64,000 nt of DNA from Octopus bimaculoides (lineage: Eukaryota), in the NCBI RefSeq assembly GCF_001194135.2, contig NC_068982.1, forward strand, positions 72,639,426-72,703,425, read 5' to 3'. A program made the translations under genes and the position numbers. Positions within the stretch are counted from its first letter, which is position 1; every line of letters starts with the position of its first letter. Below the pieces are notes generated by a model. It saw nothing but the letters and a program-made list of their open reading frames with translations. It was not told where the DNA came from and did no database searches. Shown here piece after piece: positions 25,213 to 37,015 of the stretch.

Positions 25213-25942
25213 ACACACAATCTTTACACTTTTTTTTTCTTTTTTACAAGAGATATAAGTGTAATAATTTATATTATAAGCCATCTCTAGTTCAATTTTT
25301 AACCAATGGCATTCTGGAAAATTCAGCAGGTTTATTTGATGTTTGATCTTTTCCAATAGTGATATTCACGTATTTTCTTACTGATGTTGTCAGTGAAGTG
25401 TTTCTTTTTTTTTTTTTATTCTATTAAAATTAAAGCAGAACAGTATGTCAACATGACACTGAACTTTCCAGGCCAACTTAGCATTATTTTTGTGTAGAGA
25501 TCAATAAAATAATCAACTTTAAAAATGCTAAAATAATTGATGAAACAAAAGTATTCTAAGTTTGTGGGTCATTAGTAAACATTCTATTTTCATTGAGAAG
25601 ACCAGTTAGTGAGTGATATGTAGTGAATGACTAAGTAGCTGAAACAGAACAAGATCTAACACTTCTGATACAAGTAAGCAAAGTAGCTGGAAAATATATC
25701 TTTATAAATATATATACATAAAATGTAAATCAGTAACAAAAATGTATGGGTGTCAATTCATTATAGCTGTTTCAAGTGACTTCTTTAATTGATTAATGAA
25801 AACATTACATCATTTGAAAGAAACTATTCTCATCAGATGACCACATAGACGTCAAACATAAAAGATTATACTGACATAACAAGGTACCTCAATTTAAGTA
25901 CCTAATTCAACAGAATCATCCTTATTATATATATAATATATA

Positions 25943-26069
25943 CAGGGTGTTCACAAAGTCTGGGCACATGGGGATTAACACATACTTTAAGAAATTATTA
26001 TTTCTTATATTTAATTGTTTATGTTGTGATTTTATTTACTCCATGAACCCAGACCTTGAGGACACCCTG
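25943..26069. mobile_element. Tc1/mariner-type MITE
   Basis: TA TSD (25941-42, 26070-71); about 30-bp imperfect TIR CAGGGTGTTCACAAAGTCTGGGCACATGG vs CAGGGTGTCCTCAAGGTCTGGGTTCATGG. Confidence 0.85.
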
Positions 26070-26152
26070 TATATTATTAGATAATAAATTGTATGGTATA
26101 CGTTTGGTAGTTTACTGGTAAAGCACATTCACGTTCACAATGTTCATTTGAT

Positions 26153-26382
26153 TAATGAAAGAGATGGAAGATATGAGAATGTTTATTGATCACCGTAATT
26201 GTTTAGGCCCATCTAGCATTGATTCCTCATGGGTGAGATACTTAACAACTGGTTTAGGAGTATCTACACCAATGGATACTCCTAAACCAGTTGTTCAGTA
26301 TCCCACCCATGAGAGATCGATGCGAGATGGGTTATAATAATTGTAGTGATCAATAAACATTTTTCCATCTTTACTTTCATTA
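26153..26382. repeat. 230-bp imperfect palindrome (about 110-bp arms, 10-nt loop)
   Basis: 26153-26264 is the reverse complement of 26275-26382 with scattered substitutions and two small indels; innermost 21 bp perfect. Confidence 0.95.
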
Positions 26383-26389
26383 CTTGAAA

Positions 26390-26426
<37 letters not shown>

Positions 26427-26429
26427 GAC

Positions 26430-26865
26430 AGGCATGGATGTGTGGTAAGAAGCTTGTTTTACAACAACATGGTTTTAGGTTCAATGCCACTGCATGCCAC
26501 CTTAGATATGGCACCACTATAGCCTTAAGCTGATTAAAACTTTGTGAGTGGAGTTGATAGATGGAAACTGAAAGAAGTGTGTGTGTGTGTGTGCGTGTGT
26601 ATCTTTTACTTGTTTCAGTCAGTTTGATTGCGGCCATGCATGTATGTGCTATTGTCCCATTGGAATGCCTTTCATTTACAATCTTTCGTGAAAACAGGTT
26701 TGATCATGGGGAAATATTATATCACTTTACTTACAAACAGGCGAGGGTTGGTTTCAGGAAGGATCTCTGGCCATAGAAAGTCCACCTCAACAAATTTCTT
26801 CCAACCCATGCAAGCATGGAAAAGTGGATGTTAAAATGATGATGATAATGACGATGATGATTATA
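26430..26865 (+). mobile_element. SINE family F1 with RTE-derived tail
   Basis: GGCATGGATGTGTGGTAAGAAGC head, GGTTCAATGCC B-box, (TG)n, CCAACCCATGCAAGCATGGAAAAGTGGATGTTAAA(ATG)n tail. Confidence 0.8.
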
Positions 26866-27670
26866 CATGTTAGAAGAGCAGCCAACAGACAAGATTATTC
26901 AGTCACTAACACATTGTTACTAAATACAATAGAGTGAAAGTTATTTTGTACTTGAAGAGAAGCAGATTGTACAGCAACTATTATAAATAGCACTGAAGTA
27001 ATTAATGATATTCTCTTGTGAGGGAATTGTGCGCCAGCGAATAAGTACATTGTATTGCATTTTAAGCATGAAAATTAATGATTTCATTAAACATTTAAAG
27101 AAAGGATTTTGCTTTTAAATGTAGTAACTTGAGTATTTTGTTGAATAAAGAGTATTGCAGAATGATCATATGTTACAGTGAAGTGGGTTTTGGCATCAAT
27201 TGGTCACAAACAAATGAAGAATGATTTATATTTTAAATGCAGTATTTTAGTATGTGATGAGGCAGCTGGCGTACGGGTACACTGCTCTCCTTCTATCTCT
27301 CCCCCCTCTCTCTTTCTTCCTCCAGCTGTCATACCCTGCATGCTCTGCTGAGCCAAGGATCAAGGGGGCCAAGAGTTTGTCTCTGTCCATTCATGACTAT
27401 ACAAGCATCTAAAACAATTAGTGAAAGCAGAGTACATGTGACTATGCCATACTCATTTGTGATAGCTGGCTGTCTTCAATGAAGGTTGGTCAATTTTGGC
27501 AAAAAACCAATTTAATAAAAACACAAAATCAGATAATGTTAATGTGCAGTGAGGAGTAGATAATTCAAATAGTCTTGGACAGCATTCTTCTTTGGAGAAT
27601 CTATTTACTATGAAAATATTGTGCATTATGTGTGTGTATGTATGTGTATGTGTGTGTGTGTGTGTGTATG

Positions 27671-27723
<53 letters not shown>

Positions 27724-28240
27724 CATTCTGGTGCTGTCATTGGTTAAAAGAGTCACAGCTGGCTGAGTTGTTATCACACTGGTTTATCTACTGAGGGAGT
27801 AAACCAATTAATTTCCCATTACTGCTGCTTTTGTTGTGTAGTTAGCAAAGACATTTTACTCTGAAAAACCCTGTTTACCTGGCTGTAAAATACAGGCAGT
27901 CCTCAAAATTAGTACAATCATTTTTTGTCTCTATTTGGTCAGTTTTTTGTTGAATGAAATAGTAGTTATTTTTGTAGGAATATACACGCAGCACTCAAAA
28001 TTCATCTGTTCAAATTTATTACTTCTCAGACTATCAAAAGTTTGATGAATATAAAAAAAAAAAATTTAAAAAAAAGAAATGAAATACCTGAATCTTGAGA
28101 ACTGTCCCTTAGTAATATGAGCAATTGAAGTCATTACTTGTAAGCAGCAAGAAGAATAATTGATGAATAACTGTAAGGATAGGATAACTATGGCAATCGG
28201 TGAAGGATAAACAATAAGCATAATTGATGAGGGTTTCAAA

Positions 28241-28432
28241 CTCCTTTGTAATCATATTTCTGTGAAAATAAACTGCCTTTCTGTCATTTTGAAAATAATG
28301 AAGAACTTAACTAACTTTGTTAGCTTACTATTAAGCCGGTGCTTAAAACACAAATTAACATGAAATTTTGATCAAGATTATTTAAAACAAGATATTTGTA
28401 TCATACAACCAGGCAAGTTGATATCAAAAAGT
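28241..28432 (-). mobile_element. piggyBac-like MITE family B, single-module copy, decayed
   Basis: CTCCTTTGTAATCATATTTCTG ... GATATCAAAAAGT|TTAA; similar to 16595-16797. Confidence 0.55.
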
Positions 28433-29049
28433 TTAAGTCATAGTTTTGGAGTCACAACCTTTTATGATCCCAGAGAAACCAAAGAACAGGTTACTTGAAT
28501 GTATCTGATCCTGAAGGACTACACGGAAATACAATTGTCAAAACAATCCAGTTTATTTTGTGAATGGAGACATTACTACTTAACATTTAAATGGCTTTTT
28601 TGTCTCTTTTATCATATGGAATGGAAAGGCATGCATAACCTTTATGTCAAATGAAGTAAAAAAATAAAAGGCAAATAGGAAGTAGTGAGGAAGAAATGGC
28701 AGATAAAGATATCCACATTATATCAAACATTGTTCTTGGGTTCATGGACTTCCAGCTAGATGTATTTCTAAAGTCAAGAAGCATATGCATATATTGTTAA
28801 TATTAATCATCAACTATGATGCTAGGGTTCCATCATGGCTACAGTGCAACAATAAGATTTGGAACTGTGTCATCCGGGAATTAATTCTATTCTTCCAATA
28901 CAGAAGTAATTTGAATGGACAAAAATAAACAATCCTTTTGCAACCATTTTTATCAGAATAGACTACCTGTAGTTTCAGTGTTTAGTAAATATTATTTTGC
29001 TTAGAATACAAAAGAAAATAGTTTATGTGTTGAAATGTTGGTGTAGAAC

Positions 29050-29780
29050 AGTGCCACAGCTGGCACCAGACCACTCTGAACTGTGGAACATCATCTCAAT
29101 TCTTCAGAACATTCCTACTTGCAACTTGCTGTTTCTTCACCATGGCTCTCCTGGCTCTCATTTGCATCATGAACAACAATTTTTCACCTTAACACATCTC
29201 ACCTCTCCTCTAATAATACTTGATAAACCCATATGCTTGATAAATACTCTCATGTACACTTAAACTCCATTTACACACACACATTTATATCTTGCTCACA
29301 CTACCCACACAGTAGTATACTATATCCATCTCTACTCTCCCTAACACACACAAACATGCTCATACACAATCCCCAATACATACATAACACACCCTTACAC
29401 ACTTGTAAACCAATTCTTGCTCACCTTGCTTATTTTCCCCTGCTGTCACTCTTTTAGCAGTTAAGCTCCATTTTACTCACTTCTCATCTTTTATTACTAT
29501 ACTGCCCTTTCTATAAACAACACTCCTTTTCATATAACATTATTTTTATTTTATGCTCATTGTCTAGAAATCTTTTGTCACACGTCCTGTGACTTCTTCA
29601 GTGACTCTCCTTTCCATGTGTCTCCCCCTGTTCTGTTTAGTCTAATTATTTTTATCATTCTCCCCTTATTCATGATGAAGGGCTACTGCCTGAAACATTG
29701 AAATTATTCTCTTCTATTCCTTCTCAATGAGATAATTATGGACACATAACCGTGTTTATTATTGATTCATTCATCACTGA
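29050..29780 (+). mobile_element. Decayed Penelope-like element 3' end
   Basis: TVEHHLNSSEHSYLQLAVS ... EQQ / IFHLNT (29080-29200) resembles the GIY-YIG C-terminus PVA.HFNS..HS...L.VS...EQ.LIF.L.T; then a G-poor tract and a hammerhead motif. Confidence 0.6.
29669..29702 (+). ncRNA. Decayed minimal type-I hammerhead ribozyme motif
   Basis: TTC-ATGATGA-A-GGGC-TACT-GCCT-GAAA-CAT-T-GAA vs recalled Penelope motif CCTGATGAAGGGC..GCCCGAAACGT; differences are C3>A plus two CpG-type transitions; 3-bp stem I TTC/GAA. Confidence 0.6.
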
Positions 29781-29979
29781 TAACATGGATCAGCTATCAA
29801 TCAAAGATTCTGCTTGTACTTCTAAAACGTGCTCTAGCAACCACCCACAATGATCAGCTACCCAGAATGCACTGTCTATCGCTTGTATTTACATGACCAT
29901 GCTGTGAAGTTGCATATTTTTTATATGGATGTAGGTACTGCTACACAGCACCACAGGACCAGTGAACAGAAAAACTACG

Positions 29980-30200
29980 AAGGCACCTGATCTTCACAAA
30001 TGATGCAGGCAAGTGTATTTTCTACAGGAAGAAATAGAGGTGATCAAGAAAATACATGATGGCGGAGGCATCACTGCTGTGGGCTACAAATTTGGTATCA
30101 ATTAATTGACCACTCATTCCATTTACAAAATGTATGGAGATGATTTGTCTATCACTGATTCATTTACCACTGCATTTTTCAGAACCAACATTCTCTGATA
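29980..30200 (+). pseudogene. pogo/Tigger-like transposase N-terminal HTH (CENP-B/psq-like) remnant
   Basis: RQVYFLQEEIEVIKKIHDGGGITAVGYKFGIN*LTTHSIYK matches RK..TL..K..VI...E.G.....V...FGI.EST...I.K. Confidence 0.45.
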
Positions 30201-31109
30201 AATGAAGATAGATGTACTTTTGTACACATGTTCATTTTTTTTTTCATTTTAATTTCTTCTCAAGAATCTCTCTAGATGATAGTATTATTGGTGTTTCTTT
30301 GTATCTGATTTTAGCTAAGTAGAATGAAGATGTTAAGAACACAACAAAAGTATAAAAAGAAACTCACAAACACTTGGAAGCACAAACAACACTTCAATAA
30401 TGGTTAGGCAATAGAATGGAGAAGCTGTTTATCTTTAAGATTTTCAACAGATGTAATGAGTTTGTCCCGAGACATGCATATCTACATCAAAAGAATCAAA
30501 GAGGTTTCATATTTCAGATAAATTCTTGGGATGGGTGAGTGGCTAGAAATCTATGTTGTTATTGTCTTTTTTCTTTTTCTTCCCCTTCATTTTCATCATA
30601 TCTCTGATGTTCATAGCAACAACATGAGTAACATGTTTTCCTGTATGAGTAATAATTGTTTGTTTGTTTGTTTGTTTGATACCTGATTTTCCATATTAGT
30701 ATTTGTTGGATGAGAACTAATTCTGAGGTAGGATTTTATGGTTGGACTCATACTTGTTTTCCAGGTAAAGGGTTTTTGAATTTTACAGGTCTCTCAACGT
30801 GCAGAGTGACCAATCATGATCTCAACTGGATTGTCAGTATCAGCACTGCTTTGCTCTCATAGTGACAAGCAAAATATCAACAAACATAAACATTTGCACA
30901 TCTACACACACAAGCCCGTGTGTGTGAGGGGGCAATTGATTAAAACCCAAAGCAATGAAAAAATGCTTAGTTAAAATTAGTGGGATTTGAACCCAGAACA
31001 TACAGAGATGAAACATAATACTGTCAGGGGATTAGTCTATCAGTTCACCATCACAACATCATTTTTACATGGCAAGCAAAAGAATAATGGTTTGGTTCCT
31101 GACAAATGC

Positions 31110-31545
31110 ACACAGGAATGGCTGTGTGGTAAAAAAACTCACTTTGCAGCCATGAGATTTTAGTTTCAGCCTCACTGTGTGGCACTTTGGAGCAAATATC
31201 TGTTACTATACCCCTTGTGAACCAATGCCTTGTAAGTAAAAGTAAAATTATAGACAGAAATTTGAGTGGAAGTCTGTTTATACACATGTAATAGAGTGTC
31301 TGTGAATGGTTTTGTGTTTGCCGCCCCCTACCATTCCCTCAATTAACAACTGGTACTGGTTTATGTTCTTGTAACATAGCGGTGCAGTAAAAAGGCACCA
31401 ATTGAATGAATATACACTAGGCTTTGAAAAAGAACAAAATGTGTACGAGAGAGAGGGGGGGGGCGGAATTTGTGTGAGTGAGTAAACCCTTCGAAGTGAT
31501 GCCCCACTCAGCATGCTCACAGTCCAATGAGTGAAACAAAGAAAC
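31110..31545 (+). mobile_element. SINE family F1 (tail A)
   Basis: GGAATGGCTGTGTGG head, GGCACTTTGGAGCAAAT core, GCATGCTCACAGTCCAATGAGTGAAACAA tail. Confidence 0.7.
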
Positions 31546-32146
31546 GGTAAAAAAAAAAAAAAAGCAAGCAAGCAAAAAACGAAAAAAAAAATACAAGACA
31601 AGGAGTTCCTTATTATTTTCCTAGCGAAGTACTTATGATGTAACAGTTTGCATGTTTGCTTGGCAAATAATAATAATGACGATGATGATGATGATGATGA
31701 TGAAGGAGGGGGAGAAGGATAAGGGGAGGTAAAAAAAAGAAGTAAAACAATCAGAGGAGCATGAAGGTAAACAAGCTAATGAACAACAAAGGGTATCCAA
31801 AATATGTTGTGATCTGAAGAGTCAAATAGAATCAATTGTATGCTGTTTTGGATGGCGGAATATGAATTGTGTACGTGTGTGTGTGTGTGTGTGTGTGATC
31901 TATTGATCTTTTGTGATTGAAGATAAAATGAAAAAAAAAAAGGGTGGTGGGGTAAAAAAAAATGAAAGCTTAATGACTATAATGAAAACATAGGCTGGGT
32001 AGGGGCAAGTCGGGAAGAAGAGAGAGAGAGAGAGTGAACAAAAGGTGAAAAGGAGGAAGATGGACAAAAATAGAGGCAAATAGCAGTATATATAATGCAC
32101 ACACACACACACACACATACAAATGTACATACATACACATATACAG

Positions 32147-32211
<65 letters not shown>

Positions 32212-32492
32212 AGGAAGAGCAATGTCAAAAGTAGTGTGAGGGAAGTAAGTGGCTACAATAATAACAATAATAATAATAGATAAAACAAAGCCATTACAGT
32301 TTCTAATAGAAATTGGAAACTTTGACAGTTTTATTGGATTTCTGGTGGCATTGATTATAGGGAGCTGACATCAAACATGCCAGTAAAACCTCTAGCTGCT
32401 TCCAGAAGGGGACACAGACAGAGCTGTGTATTGTATTGATCCAGGAAAAGAAGTGGCAGTATGGTATAATGAGTGTCAAGCAGACTATATAC

Positions 32493-32560
<68 letters not shown>

Positions 32561-32679
32561 ATTTGTATTCTCACACACACACACACATATATATTATAAT
32601 TAAAGGAGTATAGAGCAGATAAAGGCAAAACATGCGTGAAGAGAAAGGCAAATAATTAGGGTGGGAAGCTGCAATCAAC

Positions 32680-32714
<35 letters not shown>

Positions 32715-32971
32715 GATGTACACACACACACACACACGCCACATCTACAACATCTGCTGTCACTATCGCCACTGATCATTAACTTAATATCTGTTTTCCT
32801 ACAGTGGTGTAACATTGGTCGTATGAACCTGTACAGCAACTATGAAATACCAGAACACTCTCAAGATTGCTCTAAATCTTCCTTGACCATATTGCTATTA
32901 TAACTGGTATGGATTCAGCATGGCCAAATGGTTAAAATGTTTGCTGTGCAATCACAAGGTCTTAGGTTTGA

Positions 32972-33185
32972 CCTTTTAGCATTCAAATTACCCTGTCGAA
33001 CGTAGTGCTTATTTATTCACATTGTTTTGAATTAATCATGTATTTATCTCATAGCTTTTGATGATGTGATTGTTTAGTTTGAGAATGACATTGTAAGGTA
33101 TGTGCGAGAGGCTGGATTTGGCCAGTTTGAACATAAAATAAGAAGAATAGTTTGGCCAGATATTGCTGTTTTAAATGGTAGAGGG
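32972..33185 (+). mobile_element. piggyBac-like MITE family A nested inside an F1 SINE head (about 32918-33290)
   Basis: TTGA|CCTTTTAGCATTCAAAT ... TTTAAATGGTAGAGGG|TTAA; SINE sequence resumes on both sides. Confidence 0.75.
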
Positions 33186-33511
33186 TTAATTCCACATCTT
33201 GAGCAAGTACCTTTTAGCATTGACTTGGGTCAACCCAAGCCTAGCGAGTGAAATTGGATGGAAGCTATGTGGTATTGGATGGTCTATGTAGAATTCAAAA
33301 ACTATAACCTAATAGTGTACTGTTACACTGATTCTGCCTGAGAATTTTGGCATGTGTACACATGACTGTGGAATGCTAATTCAATGAGCAGGGAGTCCAA
33401 TTCATTGAACAATTGGATTCTCATTATGAAACCCAAAATCTATTTTGTTTTCACCTTTCTTATTTCCATCCTCACTGGTGAAGGTTAGTTACCATGAGTA
33501 CATGCAGCATT

Positions 33512-33725
33512 TCTCTCCTCTGATATTTTAATCCTGTGACCATAGTTGTATGTTCAGCCAGAGGTCTTCCAGTTCATTCTTTGATGTCACCCAGCTAGCA
33601 TCATTTTGGTCTTCCTTTTCTTGTTTCTTATTAACTCTTCCCACTAATATGTAGGTGCTGAGGTTCTGGGCCCTGATGACAAGCCCAAAACACTAAAACT
33701 TTTTCTTCCCTGCAGTTGCCATTTA
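33512..33725 (-). pseudogene. Decayed RTE-like LINE ORF C-terminus (second lineage)
   Basis: CFGLVIRAQNLSTYILVGRVNKK / GRPK*C*LGDIKE*TGRPLAEHTTM matches YFGH..R.......I..G...G.R..GRP...W.DDIKEWTG. Confidence 0.6.
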
Positions 33726-33949
33726 CTAATTACTTTTATTATAGCGAGTATATTTCTATTAAGAATTGAAAGTTTTTTCCTACAAAGTAACTATTGTATT
33801 TTACAAATATTCTATAAATAACTACAAAATAATATCTTCTATAGAATAAATGTGGTATACAAGTATATCAGAGAGCAACTGGAGTAACCATGTATTACTC
33901 TTACAGCAAGACACCTGTTCCTTTAACCCCTCATCACCTGGTGAAGGAT

Positions 33950-34170
33950 CTTGCCTTGTGAGTTACTTGGTGACCTCATTGGTGTTGGTGCCATGTAAAA
34001 TGCACTCAGTACACTCTGTAAAGTGGTTGGCATTAAGAAGTGCATTCAGCTACAGACATGCTAAAGCAGACAACGGAACTTGGTGCAGTCCTCTGGCTTG
34101 CCAGCTCATATTGAACTATACAGCAGAAGCCAACATGGAAAAATGCATGTTAAATGATGATGATCAATGT
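33950..34170 (+). mobile_element. RTE-clade 3' UTR fragment
   Basis: GTGGTTGGCATTAAGAAG..CATTCAGC ... GCCAACATGGAAAAATGCATGTTAAATGATGATG. Confidence 0.7.
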
Positions 34171-34614
34171 CAAGAATGATAGAAAACCAATAAAGCAATT
34201 GACAAGCTCATGGTTTACAGGCGGTCATCATCAGCATCATGTTGTGACTGTTGCCAAAATATTTAATTTTCATCAAGATATAATAAGAAAACAAAAAAGT
34301 ACTGCTGTTATAAGCATCGACAGCAAGAACTCGATAGTCAATGTAAAACTCAATTTTAGGCCAGAATCTATAATTCTATTGGTCCAAATTGGTTTGGATT
34401 AAGGTATTAAGGGATATTTAAGCAACCTTTGAGAACAAGTAATGACTACATGAAATGACAGGACATGACAAATGTTTATCAAGGTGATGTCATGGTTGTA
34501 GCAAAAACAGAGCTGCTAGAGTGAAAAAAAAAAAGGTTACAATGAAATTTTGGAAACTTTTGTCCGTTGTCAATAAAAGGGTTTTTTTTTTCATTTCTAA
34601 CTCTCCTGTTTTTC

Positions 34615-35275
34615 ATCAGTTTTGGGGCAGAGGATAAGTTAAATACATTGATCCCAGTCCTCAACTCATACTTATTTCATTGACCCTGGAAGGGTGAAAG
34701 CAAAGTCAGCCTTGATGGAATTTGAACTCAGAACATAAAGACAGGCAAAATGCCACTAAGCATTTCACCTAGTGTGCTGACAAATCTGGTGGTGGAAGTA
34801 GTGGTGGTAGTAGTAGTGGAGGTAGTAATAATAATAATCCTTTCTATTATAAGCAAAAGGCCTGAAATTTATTTTTTTTGGAGGGTCAGTTGATTAGATT
34901 CCCCCCAGTATGCAACTGGTACTTAATTTATCAACCCCGAAAGGATGAAAAGCAAAGTCGACCTTAGCGGAATTTGAACTCAGAACATGGCAACGGGTAA
35001 AATACCACTAAGCATTTGGTCTAGCGTGTTAATGATTCTGCCAGTTCACCACCTTAGTAGTAGTAGTAGTAAAAAATAATGGTTTCAAATTTTGGCATAG
35101 GAGCAGCAGTTTTTGAGGGAGTTGGGGAGGGGCTGGTTGATTACTTTGACCCCAGTGCTCAACTGGTACTTTCAACCCTGAAAGTGTGGAAACCAAAGTT
35201 GACCTTGAACTCAGAATGTAAACTTAGAAGAAACGCTGCAAAGCATTTGTTTAACGCTCCAACCATTCTTCCAAA
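34615..35275 (-). mobile_element. Second head-to-tail trimer of SINE family F2
   Basis: Copies at about 34615-34790, 34824-35057 and 35075-35275, separated by (GTA)/(AAT) repeats. Confidence 0.8.
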
Positions 35276-35459
35276 TAATAACAGCAGTGGTGGTGTTGTC
35301 AGTGATAATAATAACAACAACAACAACAATGATAAAATAATTTAGTCCAAATTGCATCGAATATCTTTCATTCACAGCTTTTTGAATAGAGCATCCTCCT
35401 CCCTTACGTACATTCCTACAAACTTGATTCAGCCACCTACACAAATACATCTTATACAC

Positions 35460-35740
35460 TAACACACTGATTTATTCTTACACACAAACACACACATCTT
35501 TTGACTATCTTACTTATGCACTCAAGGACAACTAACACACCTTCCTGACACACCCAGACACCTACGCCCCCCCCTCTCTCTCTATGTGTCTAGTCCAGAC
35601 ATACATACACTGTATAACCTTCATATTTACATGCACACTCTTCCCTCTTTTTCTCACTCATACATACACATACAGGATTACCATCATATACATACACTCA
35701 CTTGTCTCTTTCCCTCACATACAGACACTGGATCACCTTC

Positions 35741-35788
<48 letters not shown>

Positions 35789-36330
35789 CACACTACATTA
35801 TCTACATGTTCACATGCATACATCCAGTGACTATTCCTGGAGTGTCAAATACACAAACACTGACTTCATGTCACACATTCCTACGCCCCCCCCCTTCCAT
35901 AGAATTCTACACACTATCTCCCACCACTCTACTATATCTACTCTCTCCATACATCCAATATACTATTGCTCTGATGTAAACACAAATCAATCCATTTTCA
36001 CACATACAATTTCACATCTACACAATTATATTTTTCTCTGACAAACTCCTTCAAACAAATCATACACACCTTCATCCATTCTATACTAATAGATATCGCC
36101 CCCACTACACATACACATAAACACAACCTAATTACACCCTCTCATACCCTCCCCTTCCACGACCCCTCACACACCTCCCAAACACCCGTACATACCATTT
36201 TCCATTTCTGCACAAAATATCTCTTTTCATCTCATTTCAGACACATGCATACGCTCGCATTCACACACACACACACAAATTATTTTCTCCTTTCACAGAC
36301 ACACAACACCTACACAAACTCTCTCCCCCT

Positions 36331-36361
<31 letters not shown>

Positions 36362-36800
36362 CCTTCACAAACACACCTAGACAAATTATTTCCCTTTTAT
36401 ATATACACAACACACACACACACCTACATTCTTTCTCTCTCTTTCCCTCATACATGCACACCCCTACCCACCCACTCTTCAGAAAAAATTCCTCCGATGT
36501 TGTACCAAAATAAATAAATCTATTTTTGCAGCATTTATCTAATCTTAATAACAGATATCCATCCAAACTTTTAAAAATTCATATTTATATTTTTTCATTC
36601 TTTCTAACCACACACACATACATACACACACTCATATACATTCATACACACACCCACAGACACATACTTGTACACTCACATCCCCTACAGACACACACAC
36701 ACAGTCAATTATGCACGTACACACACACACTCATGTACACTTACACCTACACCTACACACACACTGTCTCTTTCTCTCTCTTCTTATTCATGTCACCTTG
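35460..36800. repeat. Long G-poor, CA/CT-rich low-complexity region
   Basis: Decayed (CA)n, (CT)n and (CATA)n mosaics; source of the His/Thr-rich ORFs. Confidence 0.8.
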
Positions 36801-37015
36801 ACATTTTTTTTACAATTCCAATTCCTTGTTTTTCCTTAAAACAAGATTTTTTTTATTTGTTCATTAGTTTTCTTTAGTTTTTGTTGTTGTTATTGTTGTT
36901 AAATTTTCTCTTATGTGATTAGCAGGATTTTTTTAAAATTTAAAACTAAAAATTTCAAAAATGAAAACCCCAGAAAAATTAACAAATTCAAAACAGAAGG
37001 AAGAGAATGGGAATA

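Noticed and set aside
34200-34420. ORF segment SWFTGGH...KSTAVISID resembling a non-LTR RT motif
   Set aside because: The key DxxKAFD motif is not preserved; too weak to call.
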